From Spirochaetales bacterium (GTDB taxonomy: Bacteria > Spirochaetota > Spirochaetia > CADAEX01), in the NCBI GenBank assembly GCA_024233785.1, contig JACKPD010000011.1, forward strand, positions 5,002 through 69,001: a stretch of DNA of 64,000 bases. The letters are read 5' to 3'. This document shows positions 17,569 through 28,501 of this stretch, piece after piece. A program made the translations under genes and the position numbers. Below the pieces are notes generated by a model. The model had not been told where the DNA came from. It worked only from the letters and a program-made list of their open reading frames with translations, and did not search any database. The stretch's first letter is position 1. Each line of letters begins with the position of its first letter.

Positions 17569-19764
17569 TCAATATTCATTTATTAAATCAGCAAGCGGAT
17601 AATAATGCTTCAGGATCTCTTCCGCTGAAAATCCTTCAGATGCCATCCCTGCCGCTCCGGTCTGACACATCCCGACTCCGTGCCCCCATCCGGCTCCTGC
17701 AAAAATAAAGAATTGAGGAACCATATCTTCGCCCATTTTAGGCATGACAATAAAAAGATTACTGCGTAATCCGCCGAGACGGTTTCTTATCGAATCATTG
17801 CGTATTATTTCATTCCCTTTGCTCCCTTCAACAAGAACCTCATTTACCCTTCCGCTCATACCCCGGCCCCGGGTTGTAATCCTTAATATTGTACCTATAT
17901 CTTTCCCGATTCTTGCCTCTATTTCCTCTCTTGGAACAATAATTCTCCATCGGTATGAAGATTTATAGTAAAAGGGCGGAATTGAGCTGTATGACGGAGG
18001 TTCTGATAATATCCACCTGGTAAGCTCACTTGGGGACGGAGGATTGGTTTTAAATAAAAGCTGAGGATCGGTTACTCCAATTATCGGAGCATTCATTTTC
18101 CAGACACTTTCCGCTGATTCTGTTCTTCCTGCGGAATTGGCGGAATAGAAAGCATTGAGATAACTGTCATCATGTTTCAGAACCAGTCCTCGGGTTTTTT
18201 CTACAGCAGCAGTAGTTTTAATGTTTTCACCGGACAGCCCGCGGTAGAATGCGGAATGAATAGACCCGGAAAGGTCAAATCCCCGTTTTTCATATTTTCC
18301 CATATTCGCAAGTGTATAAGAGCGGGCAGCGACTGCCTGAGCGGCAAGCGCCTCTTCAGGCCAGGAAGAGGGCATCTCTGATGGAACTACAGAATAAAGG
18401 TATTCCTCAAGAGGCAGCGTGTTAACAATTGTAATTCCATTATTCTGAAAAGGTATAAAGGATATCCTGCCTCTATAGGCCCTGTCTTCCTGTCCTGCAG
18501 ACTGATATCCGCCGCTGTGCGAAATATCAAATATAAGAGTAGTCAGAAATGGATTATCGTAAACAAGCGAGACCGGCTTCGAAACAGTTAGAACAGCTTC
18601 ATTATCTGAAGAGAATATTTCGATATAATTATTATTAAAGACAATTCTGTAAATCTGATTATTATTACCTTTAAGAAGCTGTTCCCCTGACCGGGAAATT
18701 ATAATGAAATCCCCACCTGTTTTGATAAATAATTCACTTAATTTTTCTGCAAGTCCCACTCTTACCTGCGGCATCGAGTCTCTTCCGTCAGTAATTGAAA
18801 TTGCTTTGGGGACGGAGGATGAAATTCTTTTTTTTGCAGTAAATTCCTCCTTTTCTTTAATAATTGCAGGGTTATTTCTTTCAAAAACTGTGAGGATATC
18901 TTCTGTTTCCCTGTCCCACGGTCTTATTGCCATTGATCTTTGAAGCTCTGAATATCCTTCTTTTAACCTGTTTTGAGCAAGAAGGGTTTTAGCTAGATAA
19001 GGCCGTGCCTGTGTGATATTGGAATCCTGTTTTAGAGCTGTACGAAGATGTTTTTCAGACAAATCGAAATCATTATTTTTAAAATACAGTATTCCAAGTG
19101 CAAAATGCGATAGAGGAAAGTAATCCTTTATTCTGATGGAAGATTCAAATGAGTATATCGCTTTATCTGTTTCGCCGCTATTTTGATATGCCCATCCGGT
19201 AAAAAAAAGCATTTCTGATAATTCATCCATTTGTGATTTTTTTTGTTCAATATCATCCCGGGAATTTAAAGTAATATTCCGGATTAAAGATTCAGTTTTA
19301 CCAACATACCCTTTATTATTTCCGGATAAAAAGAGCGGCAGGGCGCTGTCTTCCCAATTTGAAAATGTCCTGTTACTGTCTTTAGAATCGGGTTCATTTT
19401 GATTGTTTGTTTCAGATAAGAAACTTCCTGATTTTAATAATTCTGCTGCTTCTGAAAGGCGTCCTGACTCTTCGAAGAGCCTTGCCAGACTAAGTACAGC
19501 ATCGGAATTTGATGGATCTTCCAGAATAATTCTTTCAAACAGGGAGACAGATTCATTAAAATCACCGTCATAATATGCTGAAACAGCAGTCATTAAATTT
19601 ATGCTGTTCTCTGCAGGATTATCTTTTTTAATTACTTCTACAGCTTCACATCCAGCTATAAACGTGAGAAAAAATAAAAAGAAAGAAAAGATATTATTAA
19701 AAAAATGAAATTGTGTTTTAATTTTAAATGCATTCATTGGTAAATAATTATATATCAAAAACAT
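17569..19764 (-). CDS. TPR-repeat + SpoIID/LytB-domain protein, probable lipoprotein
   Basis: EALAAQAVAARSYTL is the SpoIID signature. The N-terminal half has TPR-like repeats, and a lipobox FIAGC is present. The start may be the internal ATG at 19737. Confidence 0.8.
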   Translation of the reverse strand: MFLIYNYLPMNAFKIKTQFHFFNNIFSFFLFFLTFIAGCEAVEVIKKDNPAENSINLMTAVSAYYDGDFNESVSLFERIILEDPSNSDAVLSLARLFEESGRLSEAAELLKSGSFLSETNNQNEPDSKDSNRTFSNWEDSALPLFLSGNNKGYVGKTESLIRNITLNSRDDIEQKKSQMDELSEMLFFTGWAYQNSGETDKAIYSFESSIRIKDYFPLSHFALGILYFKNNDFDLSEKHLRTALKQDSNITQARPYLAKTLLAQNRLKEGYSELQRSMAIRPWDRETEDILTVFERNNPAIIKEKEEFTAKKRISSSVPKAISITDGRDSMPQVRVGLAEKLSELFIKTGGDFIIISRSGEQLLKGNNNQIYRIVFNNNYIEIFSSDNEAVLTVSKPVSLVYDNPFLTTLIFDISHSGGYQSAGQEDRAYRGRISFIPFQNNGITIVNTLPLEEYLYSVVPSEMPSSWPEEALAAQAVAARSYTLANMGKYEKRGFDLSGSIHSAFYRGLSGENIKTTAAVEKTRGLVLKHDDSYLNAFYSANSAGRTESAESVWKMNAPIIGVTDPQLLFKTNPPSPSELTRWILSEPPSYSSIPPFYYKSSYRWRIIVPREEIEARIGKDIGTILRITTRGRGMSGRVNEVLVEGSKGNEIIRNDSIRNRLGGLRSNLFIVMPKMGEDMVPQFFIFAGAGWGHGVGMCQTGAAGMASEGFSAEEILKHYYPLADLINEY
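18033..18042 (+). repeat. GGGACGGAGG word, copy 3
   Basis: Exact 10-mer, antisense to the SpoIID-like gene (the gene reads PPSP). A partial copy, GACGGAGG, lies at 17993-18000. Confidence 0.9.
18809..18818 (+). repeat. GGGACGGAGG word, copy 4
   Basis: Exact 10-mer, antisense to the SpoIID-like gene in a different frame (the gene reads SSVP). Confidence 0.9.
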
Positions 19765-19845
19765 AAATATAGATAATAGAAAGCGCTCTATTTCTTTTTA
19801 ATAACAATAGTATTTATAAAATTATGAGTGATACGATAGAGGTAT

Positions 19846-20529
19846 TTATGCTGCCGGCTGAGGTGCTGTATCTGGAGGATGCCTGTCATCCGGGGCAATT
19901 TCATAACCAGCGATATACTTTCTGGATATGTCAGTATTTGTGTTTTCCATTTCTGCCGAATCAATGATAAAAGCAATTTTCTGCCAGGCTTTTTCAACAG
20001 CTACCGAGAGCGGCAGGGGATTTTCCATTTCATTATTGTATAATATTGTATTTCCCTCATTAGTCATTAAAGGAATAAAATTTCCGGAAAATTCTTTTTT
20101 TTCGTTCATGAATTTACAGGATTTGTATTTGTGATTTCCGTATTTATCCAAAACACCTGAAAATGCAAATGCCCTGCATAATAACGGCCGTGCGGGATAG
20201 ATCAGGCAGTGGTAATCGTTTTTTTCATCGAAAAAAATACAATTTTTTCTGTTTTCAATATTCTGAAATAAAGATGACAGGCTTTTGTTTTCTTTGATAA
20301 TCCAGAATGCGGCAAATAAGGCTTCAGAATAATATATTTCAGGTTCGTAAATGCTGCAGCAGCTGCCGCATCCCTTAGGGCATTTAATTGAGTAATCAGA
20401 AGCAAAAATGCCGGTTTTTATATCTATACTGCGGTAGAGCTGATCAATCAGGTTAATGTAACTGCTGATAACCGGAAAATTTTCAAGTAAATCAATGGTG
20501 TTCATATTTTTGGTTTTTATAACAATCAA
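19846..20529 (-). CDS. YkgJ-family Cys-cluster protein (CxxCxxCC zinc/iron-chelating domain)
   Basis: CPKGCGSCCSIYEP, plus downstream YHCLIYPARPLLCRAF blocks typical of UPF0153. Confidence 0.65.
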   Translation of the reverse strand: MIVIKTKNMNTIDLLENFPVISSYINLIDQLYRSIDIKTGIFASDYSIKCPKGCGSCCSIYEPEIYYSEALFAAFWIIKENKSLSSLFQNIENRKNCIFFDEKNDYHCLIYPARPLLCRAFAFSGVLDKYGNHKYKSCKFMNEKKEFSGNFIPLMTNEGNTILYNNEMENPLPLSVAVEKAWQKIAFIIDSAEMENTNTDISRKYIAGYEIAPDDRHPPDTAPQPAA

Positions 20530-20680
20530 TGATATTGATAAAAAAAAAATAATGTCAATAAGCAGTTATATATAATATAATATTCCCGTACTGTAAAACA
20601 AACTGAAATATAAACCTGCAGTTTTATTTAGTTAATTCTATAAGGTGGAAAAACATTGAAAGATATGTTAAAAAAAAGTA

Positions 20681-21379
20681 ATGAATAAAAAACAAAAATT
20701 GCTTGTTGTCGAAGATGAAGATGATATCAGGGAACTGATTGCCTTTAATCTGGAAATGAGCAACATGGAAGTATTTAAGGCTAAAAACGGGGAAGAGGCG
20801 ATTGAAATTGCTGAGCGTGAATATCCTGATATAATAATTCTGGATGTTATGCTTCCGGGAATCGACGGATTTGAAGTATGCAGATATCTGAAGAAAAACG
20901 TTGCGACACGTGATGTCCCGATAATAATGCTTACTGCGCGCGCTGAAGACACAGATGTTGTCAAAGGGCTTGAGATTGGGGCTGATGATTATATTACAAA
21001 ACCTTTCAGCCCCAGAATACTTATTGCAAGGGTTCACGCAGCCATGAGGAGAAAAAATGAAACCGGAACTGAACCTGCAGCACAAAGACATTTTAAAATA
21101 CATGATATTATCATAGACCTTCCACGCCATGAAGTTTTTGCAAGAGGTGAATTTGTTAATCTTTCAGCTACCGAGTTTGCGATACTTAAATTTCTTGCTT
21201 CCAATCCAGGGTGGGTTTTTTCAAGAAGCCAGATAATTGATGCAGTAAAAGGGGGGAATTACCCTGTAACTCCCCGGTCTGTAGATGTACAGATTTTGGG
21301 GATCAGAAAAAAACTCGGCAGCCAGGGGCGGTTTATAGAAACAGTCAGGGGTGTCGGTTACAGAATCCAGGCAGAATAA
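20681..21379 (+). CDS. OmpR/PhoB-family response regulator
   Basis: The receiver has LLVVEDEDDI, ILDVMLPGIDG and ITKPF. The C-terminal winged-helix block is RGVGYR. Confidence 0.9.
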   Translation: MNKKQKLLVVEDEDDIRELIAFNLEMSNMEVFKAKNGEEAIEIAEREYPDIIILDVMLPGIDGFEVCRYLKKNVATRDVPIIMLTARAEDTDVVKGLEIGADDYITKPFSPRILIARVHAAMRRKNETGTEPAAQRHFKIHDIIIDLPRHEVFARGEFVNLSATEFAILKFLASNPGWVFSRSQIIDAVKGGNYPVTPRSVDVQILGIRKKLGSQGRFIETVRGVGYRIQAE

Positions 21380-21392
21380 TAAACCTTAAATA

Positions 21393-23150
21393 ATGAGAAA
21401 TAAAACTCTATTTTTTCAGTTTTTTACAATTCAGATAATTCTCATCTTTGCGTCAATTTTTGTCTCTGCTTTTCTATCTACAAGGACGCTGGTTCAGATG
21501 ATAAATGATAAAACAGCAAAAGAACAGGAGACAATATGTAACTTAATAGTAAACATGCTGCCCGAAAAAGGATTTGTATCACTTTATAACGCACAGGATT
21601 TTGCGTTCAGGGCCTCTGCAGGGACAAGAATCCGCCTTACTTTGATCCAGTATTCCGGAAGTGTTCTTGCGGATTCTCACAGCGACCCGTCAGTTATGGA
21701 AAATCATTTCAACAGACCCGAGGTACAGGATGCACTCCGCGGCTTTATAGGAAAATCTGTAAGGTACAGCACAACAATGAATGAAGAGATGTATTACATT
21801 GCAATTCCGGTCCCTACCCGGAATCTTATAGTAAGAACTTCAATTTCTGTTGAGGATATAAAGCGTCAGGTTAAATTTATATATATCAGACTTGCTATTT
21901 CTACATTTATTATACTTTTTTTTGCAACTATTTTTGCCTATTTAATAGCAAAAAACACAAGCGGTCTTATTAATTCCATAAAAAATGTGGCAGAACATTA
22001 TGCTTCAGGAGATTTTTCCATATCTCTTGAGGAAGGCGGGAACCTTGAATTACAGAATTTAGGTAAATCCATAAATATTATGGGTAAGCAGCTTAAGGAT
22101 AAAATTAATACCATAACATCACAAAGGAACGAACTCCAGGCAATGCTTAACAGCATGACTGAACCGGTTATTCTCCTCGATGAAAATATGAATGTTAGAG
22201 AAATTAACCCCTCAGCTGTTGATGTTATTGACAGCGAGAAAGTAGTAAGCTCAAGAAAATTAAATTCAATATTAAAAAATACGCAGATACTGAAAATTGT
22301 AAAAAACGGTATAAAGACAAGAAAATACCAGGAAGAGATAGTCTGTCTTAACGAAGAGGATCAGCTTTATTATCTTGTTCATGTCTCATTTATAGAAAAA
22401 CTCGGAGAAGAAAAGAATGCCGCACTTTTAGTTATGAATGATATATCAGGTATTAAAAGACTTGAGAAAATGAGGAAAGAGTTTGTCGCGAATGTTTCCC
22501 ATGAATTAAAAACACCAGTAACTTCAATTATTGGATATGTGGAAACCCTGCTGGCCGGAAAGGTTTCAGATAAAAAAGATTTCAGGAATTTTCTTTCAGT
22601 AATAAACAGGCAGGCAGTAAGGCTGGAAAAAATTATTGAAGATCTGCTTACACTTTCTAAAGTAGATGATGAACTGGTAAAACTTACTAAAGAAGTTATT
22701 CCGGTTACTGATCTTATCGGCAGCTCGGCATCGGCATGCTCATATATCGCGGAACAGAAAAATATGAGCATTATTATTGACTGTGATGATGAACTTGAGC
22801 TTTTTGCCCATCCAATTCTTGCAGAACAGGCTGTGTCCAATCTTATTGATAATGCAGTCAAGTATGGTTATCCGGATACAGTTATTAATGTAAAAGCAGA
22901 GGCTGTTGATAATAATGTTATAATCACAGTTGCTGATTCAGGCCCTGGAATATCTAAAAAGAATATAGACAGAATATTTGACAGGTTTTACCGTGTAGAT
23001 AAATCAAGGAGCCGTGATTTAGGCGGGACAGGGCTCGGCCTTGCTATTGTAAAGCATATTGCAAGAACTCACGGAGGAAAGATTGAGGTTGAGAGTGAAG
23101 TCGGGATCGGAACAACTTTCCGGTTATATTTCAGCAATGAGAAATTATAA
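21393..23150 (+). CDS. sensor histidine kinase (TM-HAMP-PAS-HisKA-HATPase; PhoR-like)
   Basis: The H-box is FVANVSHELKTPVTSI, the N-box is NLIDNAVKY, and the G-boxes are DSGPGI and GGTGLGLAIVKH. Confidence 0.9.
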   Translation: MRNKTLFFQFFTIQIILIFASIFVSAFLSTRTLVQMINDKTAKEQETICNLIVNMLPEKGFVSLYNAQDFAFRASAGTRIRLTLIQYSGSVLADSHSDPSVMENHFNRPEVQDALRGFIGKSVRYSTTMNEEMYYIAIPVPTRNLIVRTSISVEDIKRQVKFIYIRLAISTFIILFFATIFAYLIAKNTSGLINSIKNVAEHYASGDFSISLEEGGNLELQNLGKSINIMGKQLKDKINTITSQRNELQAMLNSMTEPVILLDENMNVREINPSAVDVIDSEKVVSSRKLNSILKNTQILKIVKNGIKTRKYQEEIVCLNEEDQLYYLVHVSFIEKLGEEKNAALLVMNDISGIKRLEKMRKEFVANVSHELKTPVTSIIGYVETLLAGKVSDKKDFRNFLSVINRQAVRLEKIIEDLLTLSKVDDELVKLTKEVIPVTDLIGSSASACSYIAEQKNMSIIIDCDDELELFAHPILAEQAVSNLIDNAVKYGYPDTVINVKAEAVDNNVIITVADSGPGISKKNIDRIFDRFYRVDKSRSRDLGGTGLGLAIVKHIARTHGGKIEVESEVGIGTTFRLYFSNEKL

Positions 23151-23239
23151 AAAGATACCTGCCTGCCGGATTAACTAAATCTCTTAAGCATTACCGGTTC
23201 AGACAGGTTTTTTAAAGCAGTTTGTTTTTTACTCTTCTA

Positions 23240-24862
23240 TCAGCTATTGTTTCCATATCTTTTAGCAAGAATAAAAAGTCCAGCAAAAAATAATATAATC
23301 GTTAAACTTAATCCGGCGAATAAGTTATTTGTTATACCTGAAGCAAGATGGCCCGCAAGAGAAATGAATGCAATAAAAAGTGCATATGGCACCTGTGTCG
23401 CGACATGTTCAAGGTGGGGGCAAGAGGCCCCGGTCGAAGAAAGAATAGTGGTATCTGATATCGGGGAAGAATGATCGCCAAAAATAGCCCCTCCAAGAAC
23501 TGCGCCTGTTGGTACCAATGTTGCGTTTAAAAGCGAATTCCCGTCTAGATTCATGGACTGGGCAAGCGCTATTGTAATTGGCATTACAATGGGAATCATT
23601 ATTGCGAATGTTCCCCAGCTGGTGCCTGTGGAGAAAGAGATAAGACAGGAAATTATAAATACCACTACAGGAAGCAGCCATAAGGGGAAGCCGCCGTTAA
23701 CAACAGCTTCAGACAGGAATAAAGAGAGGCCAAGTCCGCCTTCATCCGGTGTGCTTTTTATTAATGATCCTATAGACCATGCCATGGCTAGTATAATGAG
23801 TGCCGGAACCATGGATTTGATGCCTTCAATAATAGCTGATGCAGCTGTTTTAATTGTAAGAAGTCTCCGTGAAATATAATATATATATGATAAAACCAAA
23901 GTAAATATCACTGCATACATAAGTGCGGCAGATGCATCGGTATCATTAAATGCACTGGAAAGAGGAATTGATTTAACTGCATCAGGCAGGTTTTTAATTG
24001 ATTCTCCGTCAATGGCTGCAAACCAGGTTGTTAAAGGGAAAAAAACAACAGCAAATATTATTAGTGCAATTATTGGCAAAAGCATATCCATTGGGCGGGT
24101 GTTTGCCCCTCTTGGGTCTTCTTCGATTTTACCTGCAGGAAGGCCGTATTTAATTTCATCAAAAAGTATTTTATCCTCCAGAGCTCTCTTTTCACTTTTA
24201 GCCATCGGTCCGAAATCTTTTTCTGTAATTATGATAACTGCAACAAGTAGAATTGTAAAAATTGCGTAGAGGTTGTAAGGAATTAATTTAATAAAATAGG
24301 TGAATTCACTTATTCCAAGTGATGAAAACCCGTCTGAATCCTTTATTACTGACATTACATAAACTACCCAGGATGATATTGGAGCAATAATGCATACCGG
24401 AGCTGCGGTTGAGTCAAGAATATAAGCTAACTTGGCTCTGGAAGTACCTGTTTTATCAGTTAAAGGACGCATAACTGTTCCAATAGTAAGGGAATTAAAA
24501 TAGTCATCTATAAAAACAATAAGGCCAAAAAACCATGTAAACATGAGGCTTTGTTTTTTAGTTTTCAGTTTGCCTGCCGCCCAGTCTCCAAATGAAAAAG
24601 CTGCCCCTGTTTTTGAAAGCATTCCGACAAGTGCTCCGAGAAGTCCGCAAAAAAGAAAAATACGGATGTTCCAGCCGTCTGCAAGCGAATTTGCAATCCA
24701 GTCTGTAAGTGCCATACCTGCTGCAACAGGATTGCCCCCTGCAACAATCAGAGTTCCTGATAATATACCGATGAAAAGCGATATAATTACATCTTTTGTT
24801 ATCAGAGCCAGTGCAATAGTCAGAAACGGAGGAAGAAGTCCAAAAATACCAAAATGATCCAT
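23240..24862 (-). CDS. NhaC-family Na+/H+ antiporter-like transporter
   Basis: A 540-aa polytopic protein whose N-terminus (FGLLPPFLTIALALITKDV) and overall layout are typical of the NhaC family. Confidence 0.7.
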   Translation of the reverse strand: MDHFGIFGLLPPFLTIALALITKDVIISLFIGILSGTLIVAGGNPVAAGMALTDWIANSLADGWNIRIFLFCGLLGALVGMLSKTGAAFSFGDWAAGKLKTKKQSLMFTWFFGLIVFIDDYFNSLTIGTVMRPLTDKTGTSRAKLAYILDSTAAPVCIIAPISSWVVYVMSVIKDSDGFSSLGISEFTYFIKLIPYNLYAIFTILLVAVIIITEKDFGPMAKSEKRALEDKILFDEIKYGLPAGKIEEDPRGANTRPMDMLLPIIALIIFAVVFFPLTTWFAAIDGESIKNLPDAVKSIPLSSAFNDTDASAALMYAVIFTLVLSYIYYISRRLLTIKTAASAIIEGIKSMVPALIILAMAWSIGSLIKSTPDEGGLGLSLFLSEAVVNGGFPLWLLPVVVFIISCLISFSTGTSWGTFAIMIPIVMPITIALAQSMNLDGNSLLNATLVPTGAVLGGAIFGDHSSPISDTTILSSTGASCPHLEHVATQVPYALFIAFISLAGHLASGITNNLFAGLSLTIILFFAGLFILAKRYGNNS

Positions 24863-25170
24863 AAAAACTCCTGAAATAGTTTTATTCTACAGTAATAATT
24901 TTTACAGCTATTATTGAACTGTAATCATATTCTGTCCCATGCTGCAATAACACCCGCATGAATACAGTATGACGATTTTTTAATTAAAGTCCTGCAGGCA
25001 AAGATAATATTATCCCTTATGTGATTTTGTGGTCAATCAATAATTGCGAATATTGCAATTATTAAAACTATTCTGACAGGTAGGGTATAATAATAAATAT
25101 TGATAAGTTGGAGTTTATCTGTCAAAATAACGATGTTATATGGTTATGTATTTATATGAAGGAGTTTCTT

Positions 25171-26454
25171 ATGGAACCAATTGTAAAAGAACTTAATACA
25201 ATACTTGATAATTCAACAATTTATACCCTTCTTTCTGACCTTGGAAAAAGAATGTTTTTTCCAAAAGGAATTGTTTCACAGGCCGCAGAAGCCGGTACCA
25301 AGGCAAAAAAATATAATGCAACTGTAGGTATGGCGACAAGCGATAATAAACCTATGTTTCTGCCATCAATAATGAAACACATAAGCGGGCTAGAGCCATC
25401 AGAGATATTCAGCTATTCACCTACAGCCGGGATATTGAAACTCAGGGAAATCTGGAAAGATGAGATGCTTAAAAAAAATCCTTCAATCGGAGATTCTCTT
25501 ATTTCTCTTCCAATTGTAACGTCAGGTCTTACCCATGGAATCTCAATAGCCGCCGACCTTTTTGTAGACAAAGACGACAGTGTGGTAGTTCCTGATATGT
25601 ATTGGGGTAATTATAAACTTATTATTGAGGGACGGAGGCAGGGAAACATTGTCAACTATCCGTTTTTTGATAATGATAAGATAAATATAAAAGGACTTGA
25701 AAATACTATTAAATCAACCGGGAATAAAAAAACAGCTGTTATTCTTAATTTCCCGAATAATCCTACAGGTTATTCTCCTTCTGTAGAAGAATCTGATGAA
25801 ATTATATCAATGTTTAACAGACTTGCAGAAAACGGGCATAAAATTCTTGTGATTTGCGATGATGCGTATTTCGGACTTTTTTTTGAAGAAAATACATCCA
25901 CTGAATCCCTTTTCGGGAAACTCTGCAATCTTCATGAAAATATACTGGCGGTAAAAATTGACGGTGCAACAAAAGAAGAACTAGTCTGGGGATTCAGAAC
26001 AGGTTTTATAACCTATGGGGGAAAAGGGATAACAAAAGAACAGTATGAAGCCCTTCAGCAAAAAACAATGGGTGCAATAAGATCATCTGTTTCAAGCTGC
26101 AGTACCCTCACTCAAAATCTTTTATTAAAAGGTCTTTCGAGCGGAACTTATCATCAGGAAAAGGATTACGCCGGAGAACGGATGAAAGAAAGGTATTTAA
26201 AAGTAAAAGAAATTGTTCAAGATATACCATCAGATGTACCTCTAAAGATCCTTCCTTTTAATTCAGGGTATTTCATGACATTCGAATTGCTGGGAAAAGA
26301 CGCAGAGAAACTTCGAAAATATCTTCTTGAAGAATATTCCACAGGTACAATCTCAATTGCGGGAAAATATCTGCGAATTGCATTTTCGTCTGTAAATATT
26401 GAAAAAATACCGGAACTTTTTAAACTAATTTATAAAGCAGTTAAAGAAATATGA
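25171..26454 (+). CDS. class I/II PLP-dependent aminotransferase
   Basis: [11 protein letters not shown] and DDAYFGLFF blocks are present. I chose the ATG at 25171 because of the AAGGAG RBS; the 25108 start has no RBS. Confidence 0.8.
   Translation: MEPIVKELNTILDNSTIYTLLSDLGKRMFFPKGIVSQAAEAGTKAKKYNATVGMATSDNKPMFLPSIMKHISGLEPSEIFSYSPTAGILKLREIWKDEMLKKNPSIGDSLISLPIVTSGLTHGISIAADLFVDKDDSVVVPDMYWGNYKLIIEGRRQGNIVNYPFFDNDKINIKGLENTIKSTGNKKTAVILNFPNNPTGYSPSVEESDEIISMFNRLAENGHKILVICDDAYFGLFFEENTSTESLFGKLCNLHENILAVKIDGATKEELVWGFRTGFITYGGKGITKEQYEALQQKTMGAIRSSVSSCSTLTQNLLLKGLSSGTYHQEKDYAGERMKERYLKVKEIVQDIPSDVPLKILPFNSGYFMTFELLGKDAEKLRKYLLEEYSTGTISIAGKYLRIAFSSVNIEKIPELFKLIYKAVKEI
25629..25638 (+). repeat. 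GGGACGGAGG word, copy 5
   Basis: Exact 10-mer in sense orientation in the aminotransferase gene, read as GRR. Confidence 0.9.
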
Positions 26455-26479
26455 TTCTAATCTAAAAAGGGGTAGTGTT

Positions 26480-28345
26480 ATGGAAAAAAAAGCTCAAATG
26501 AAAAATAAATTGAGAAGCAGTCTGACTATGGATGACAGGAAGATGGCAGGGGCAAGAAGTCTCTGGATTGCAAATGGAATGAAAAAAAGTCAGATGGGTA
26601 AACCTATTATTGGAATAGCCAACTCTTTTACTCAGATGGTGCCGGGACATGTTCATCTGCATGAAATTGGACAATATGTAAAATCAATTATCGAAGAACA
26701 AGGCTGTTTTGCGGCAGAATTTAATACAATTGCAATTGATGACGGTATAGCCATGGGACATGACGGGATGCTTTATTCTTTGCCATCAAGGGATTTAATT
26801 GCGGACAGTGTTGAGTATATGTGCAATGCGCATAGGGTAGACGCTCTTATCTGTATAAGTAATTGCGATAAAATTACCCCCGGAATGCTTATGGCTGCTA
26901 TGAGACTTAATATCCCTGCGATTTTTGTATCAGGGGGGCCGATGGAGGCAGGAAATTATAAAGGTAAAAAAATAGATCTTATCGATGCAATGGTCCAAAG
27001 TGCTGATAAAAATGTTTCTGACAGCGATGTTGATGAACTGGAAAGGAGCGCCTGCCCAACATGCGGGAGCTGTTCCGGTATGTTTACTGCTAATTCAATG
27101 AATTGTCTTAATGAGGCGCTTGGACTTGCACTTCCAGGAAATGGGACAATTGTTGCAACACATAAAAAGAGAAAAGAGCTGTTCAGAAAGGCCGCCCTGC
27201 AGATTATTGAAAATGCTGACCGCTATTACAGACTGGGGGATGATTCTGTTCTGCCCCGCTCGATCGGTACACGGAATGCTTTCCTGAACTCCATGACACT
27301 TGATATTGCAATGGGAGGTTCAACAAATACAGTACTTCACCTTCTTGCAATAGCGCAGGAAGCAAAAACTGATTTTACAATGAAGGACATTGATGAATTA
27401 TCCAGAAAGGTCCCATGTATATGTAAAGTAGCTCCAAGTTCAAGCTATCATGTTGAAGATGTAAACAGGGCTGGAGGTATTATAAGAATACTTTCTGAAC
27501 TTGCACGCGCCGGTTTAATTGATAAAACAGTAAAGAGGGTTGATTCACCTTCACTGGGAAAAACGATAGATGATTATGATATATCAGGCGATAAGGCTAG
27601 TCCTGAAGCATTTGAAAATGCCAAAGCAGCGCCTGGAGGTGTATTTAATCTTATTTTAGGCTCACAGGACTCAACATTTAAAGATCTTGATACTGATAAT
27701 AAAAATGGGTGCATTAGAAGTGTTGATAATTGTTATTACAGGGACGGAGGACTTGCAGTCCTTTATGGCAATATTGCTGAGAAGGGATCAATAATAAAAA
27801 CTGCTGGTGTAGATAGCTCACTTTTTAAATTCAGAGGTAAAGCTAAAGTGTTTCATTCACAAGAACTTGCTTGTGATGCGATCCTGGGCGGGAAAATTTC
27901 AGCAGGAGATATTGTTGTAATTATTTATGAAGGCCCAAAAGGCGGACCGGGAATGCAGGAAATGCTATATCCGACTTCATACATTAAATCTATACATCTT
28001 GGCAAGGAATGTGCATTAATTACTGACGGAAGATTCTCAGGAGGTACTTCAGGCCTCTCAATTGGCCATGTTTCACCTGAAGCAGCATCAGGAGGTACAA
28101 TTGCCCTCATAAAAGATAACGACATCATAGAAATTGATATACCTGCCAGGTCAATAAATCTTAATATCAGCCTTGATGAGTTGGAAAAAAGAAAAAAAGA
28201 AGAAAAAAATAGAGGAAAAGCTGCATATACACCTGTCCGTGATAGAATTGTATCTGATTCTCTAAAAGCCTATTCATATTTTGTAACATCTGCTGATAAA
28301 GGAGCGGTTAGAGTAGTTCCGGAAAATCTCTATAAACCGGAATAG
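26480..28345 (+). CDS. ilvD: dihydroxy-acid dehydratase
   Basis: [16 protein letters not shown], the Cys-cluster region [27 protein letters not shown] and [12 protein letters not shown] are all canonical IlvD blocks. Confidence 0.95.
   Translation: MEKKAQMKNKLRSSLTMDDRKMAGARSLWIANGMKKSQMGKPIIGIANSFTQMVPGHVHLHEIGQYVKSIIEEQGCFAAEFNTIAIDDGIAMGHDGMLYSLPSRDLIADSVEYMCNAHRVDALICISNCDKITPGMLMAAMRLNIPAIFVSGGPMEAGNYKGKKIDLIDAMVQSADKNVSDSDVDELERSACPTCGSCSGMFTANSMNCLNEALGLALPGNGTIVATHKKRKELFRKAALQIIENADRYYRLGDDSVLPRSIGTRNAFLNSMTLDIAMGGSTNTVLHLLAIAQEAKTDFTMKDIDELSRKVPCICKVAPSSSYHVEDVNRAGGIIRILSELARAGLIDKTVKRVDSPSLGKTIDDYDISGDKASPEAFENAKAAPGGVFNLILGSQDSTFKDLDTDNKNGCIRSVDNCYYRDGGLAVLYGNIAEKGSIIKTAGVDSSLFKFRGKAKVFHSQELACDAILGGKISAGDIVVIIYEGPKGGPGMQEMLYPTSYIKSIHLGKECALITDGRFSGGTSGLSIGHVSPEAASGGTIALIKDNDIIEIDIPARSINLNISLDELEKRKKEEKNRGKAAYTPVRDRIVSDSLKAYSYFVTSADKGAVRVVPENLYKPE
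27741..27750 (+). repeat. GGGACGGAGG word, copy 6
   Basis: Exact 10-mer in sense orientation in ilvD, read as RDGG within the conserved [10 protein letters not shown] block. Confidence 0.9.
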
Positions 28346-28381
28346 ATTTACATATTCAATTGCACAGCTGAATTTTGCAAA

Positions 28382-28395
28382 GGGACGGAGGTCCC
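28382..28395 (+). repeat. intergenic hairpin GGGAC-GGAG-GTCCC containing one copy of the GGGACGGAGG word
   Basis: A 5-bp perfect stem with a 4-nt loop, 37 nt after the ilvD stop and ~107 nt upstream of the Y1 transposase gene. Confidence 0.8.
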
Positions 28396-28427
28396 AAATA
28401 ATCAGATATACAGGCTTCAATGTATGA

Positions 28428-28466
28428 AAAACATGGATTATTAGTATAACTTTTAATCCATGTTTT
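28428..28466. repeat. perfect 13-bp inverted repeat AAAACATGGATTA / TAATCCATGTTTT (13-nt spacer) upstream of the Y1 transposase
   Basis: Read directly: the arms are 28428-28440 and 28454-28466. It resembles the subterminal hairpins of IS200/IS605-type elements. Confidence 0.75.
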
Positions 28467-28501
28467 GAAGCAGTAAAGTTATTATATATGTTAATTAATA
28501 C

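Noticed and set aside
23157-23212. Bidirectional terminator between the histidine kinase gene and the NhaC-like gene
   Set aside because: There is partial complementarity (CCTGCCTGCCGG ... CCGGTTCAGACAGG) followed by a T-run. However, the stem is interrupted and the loop is long, so I could not fold it convincingly by hand.
25108-25170. N-terminal extension of the aminotransferase (MEFICQNNDVIWLCIYMKEFL)
   Set aside because: No RBS precedes 25108, whereas AAGGAG sits 8 nt before the ATG at 25171, and homologous aminotransferases do not need the extension.
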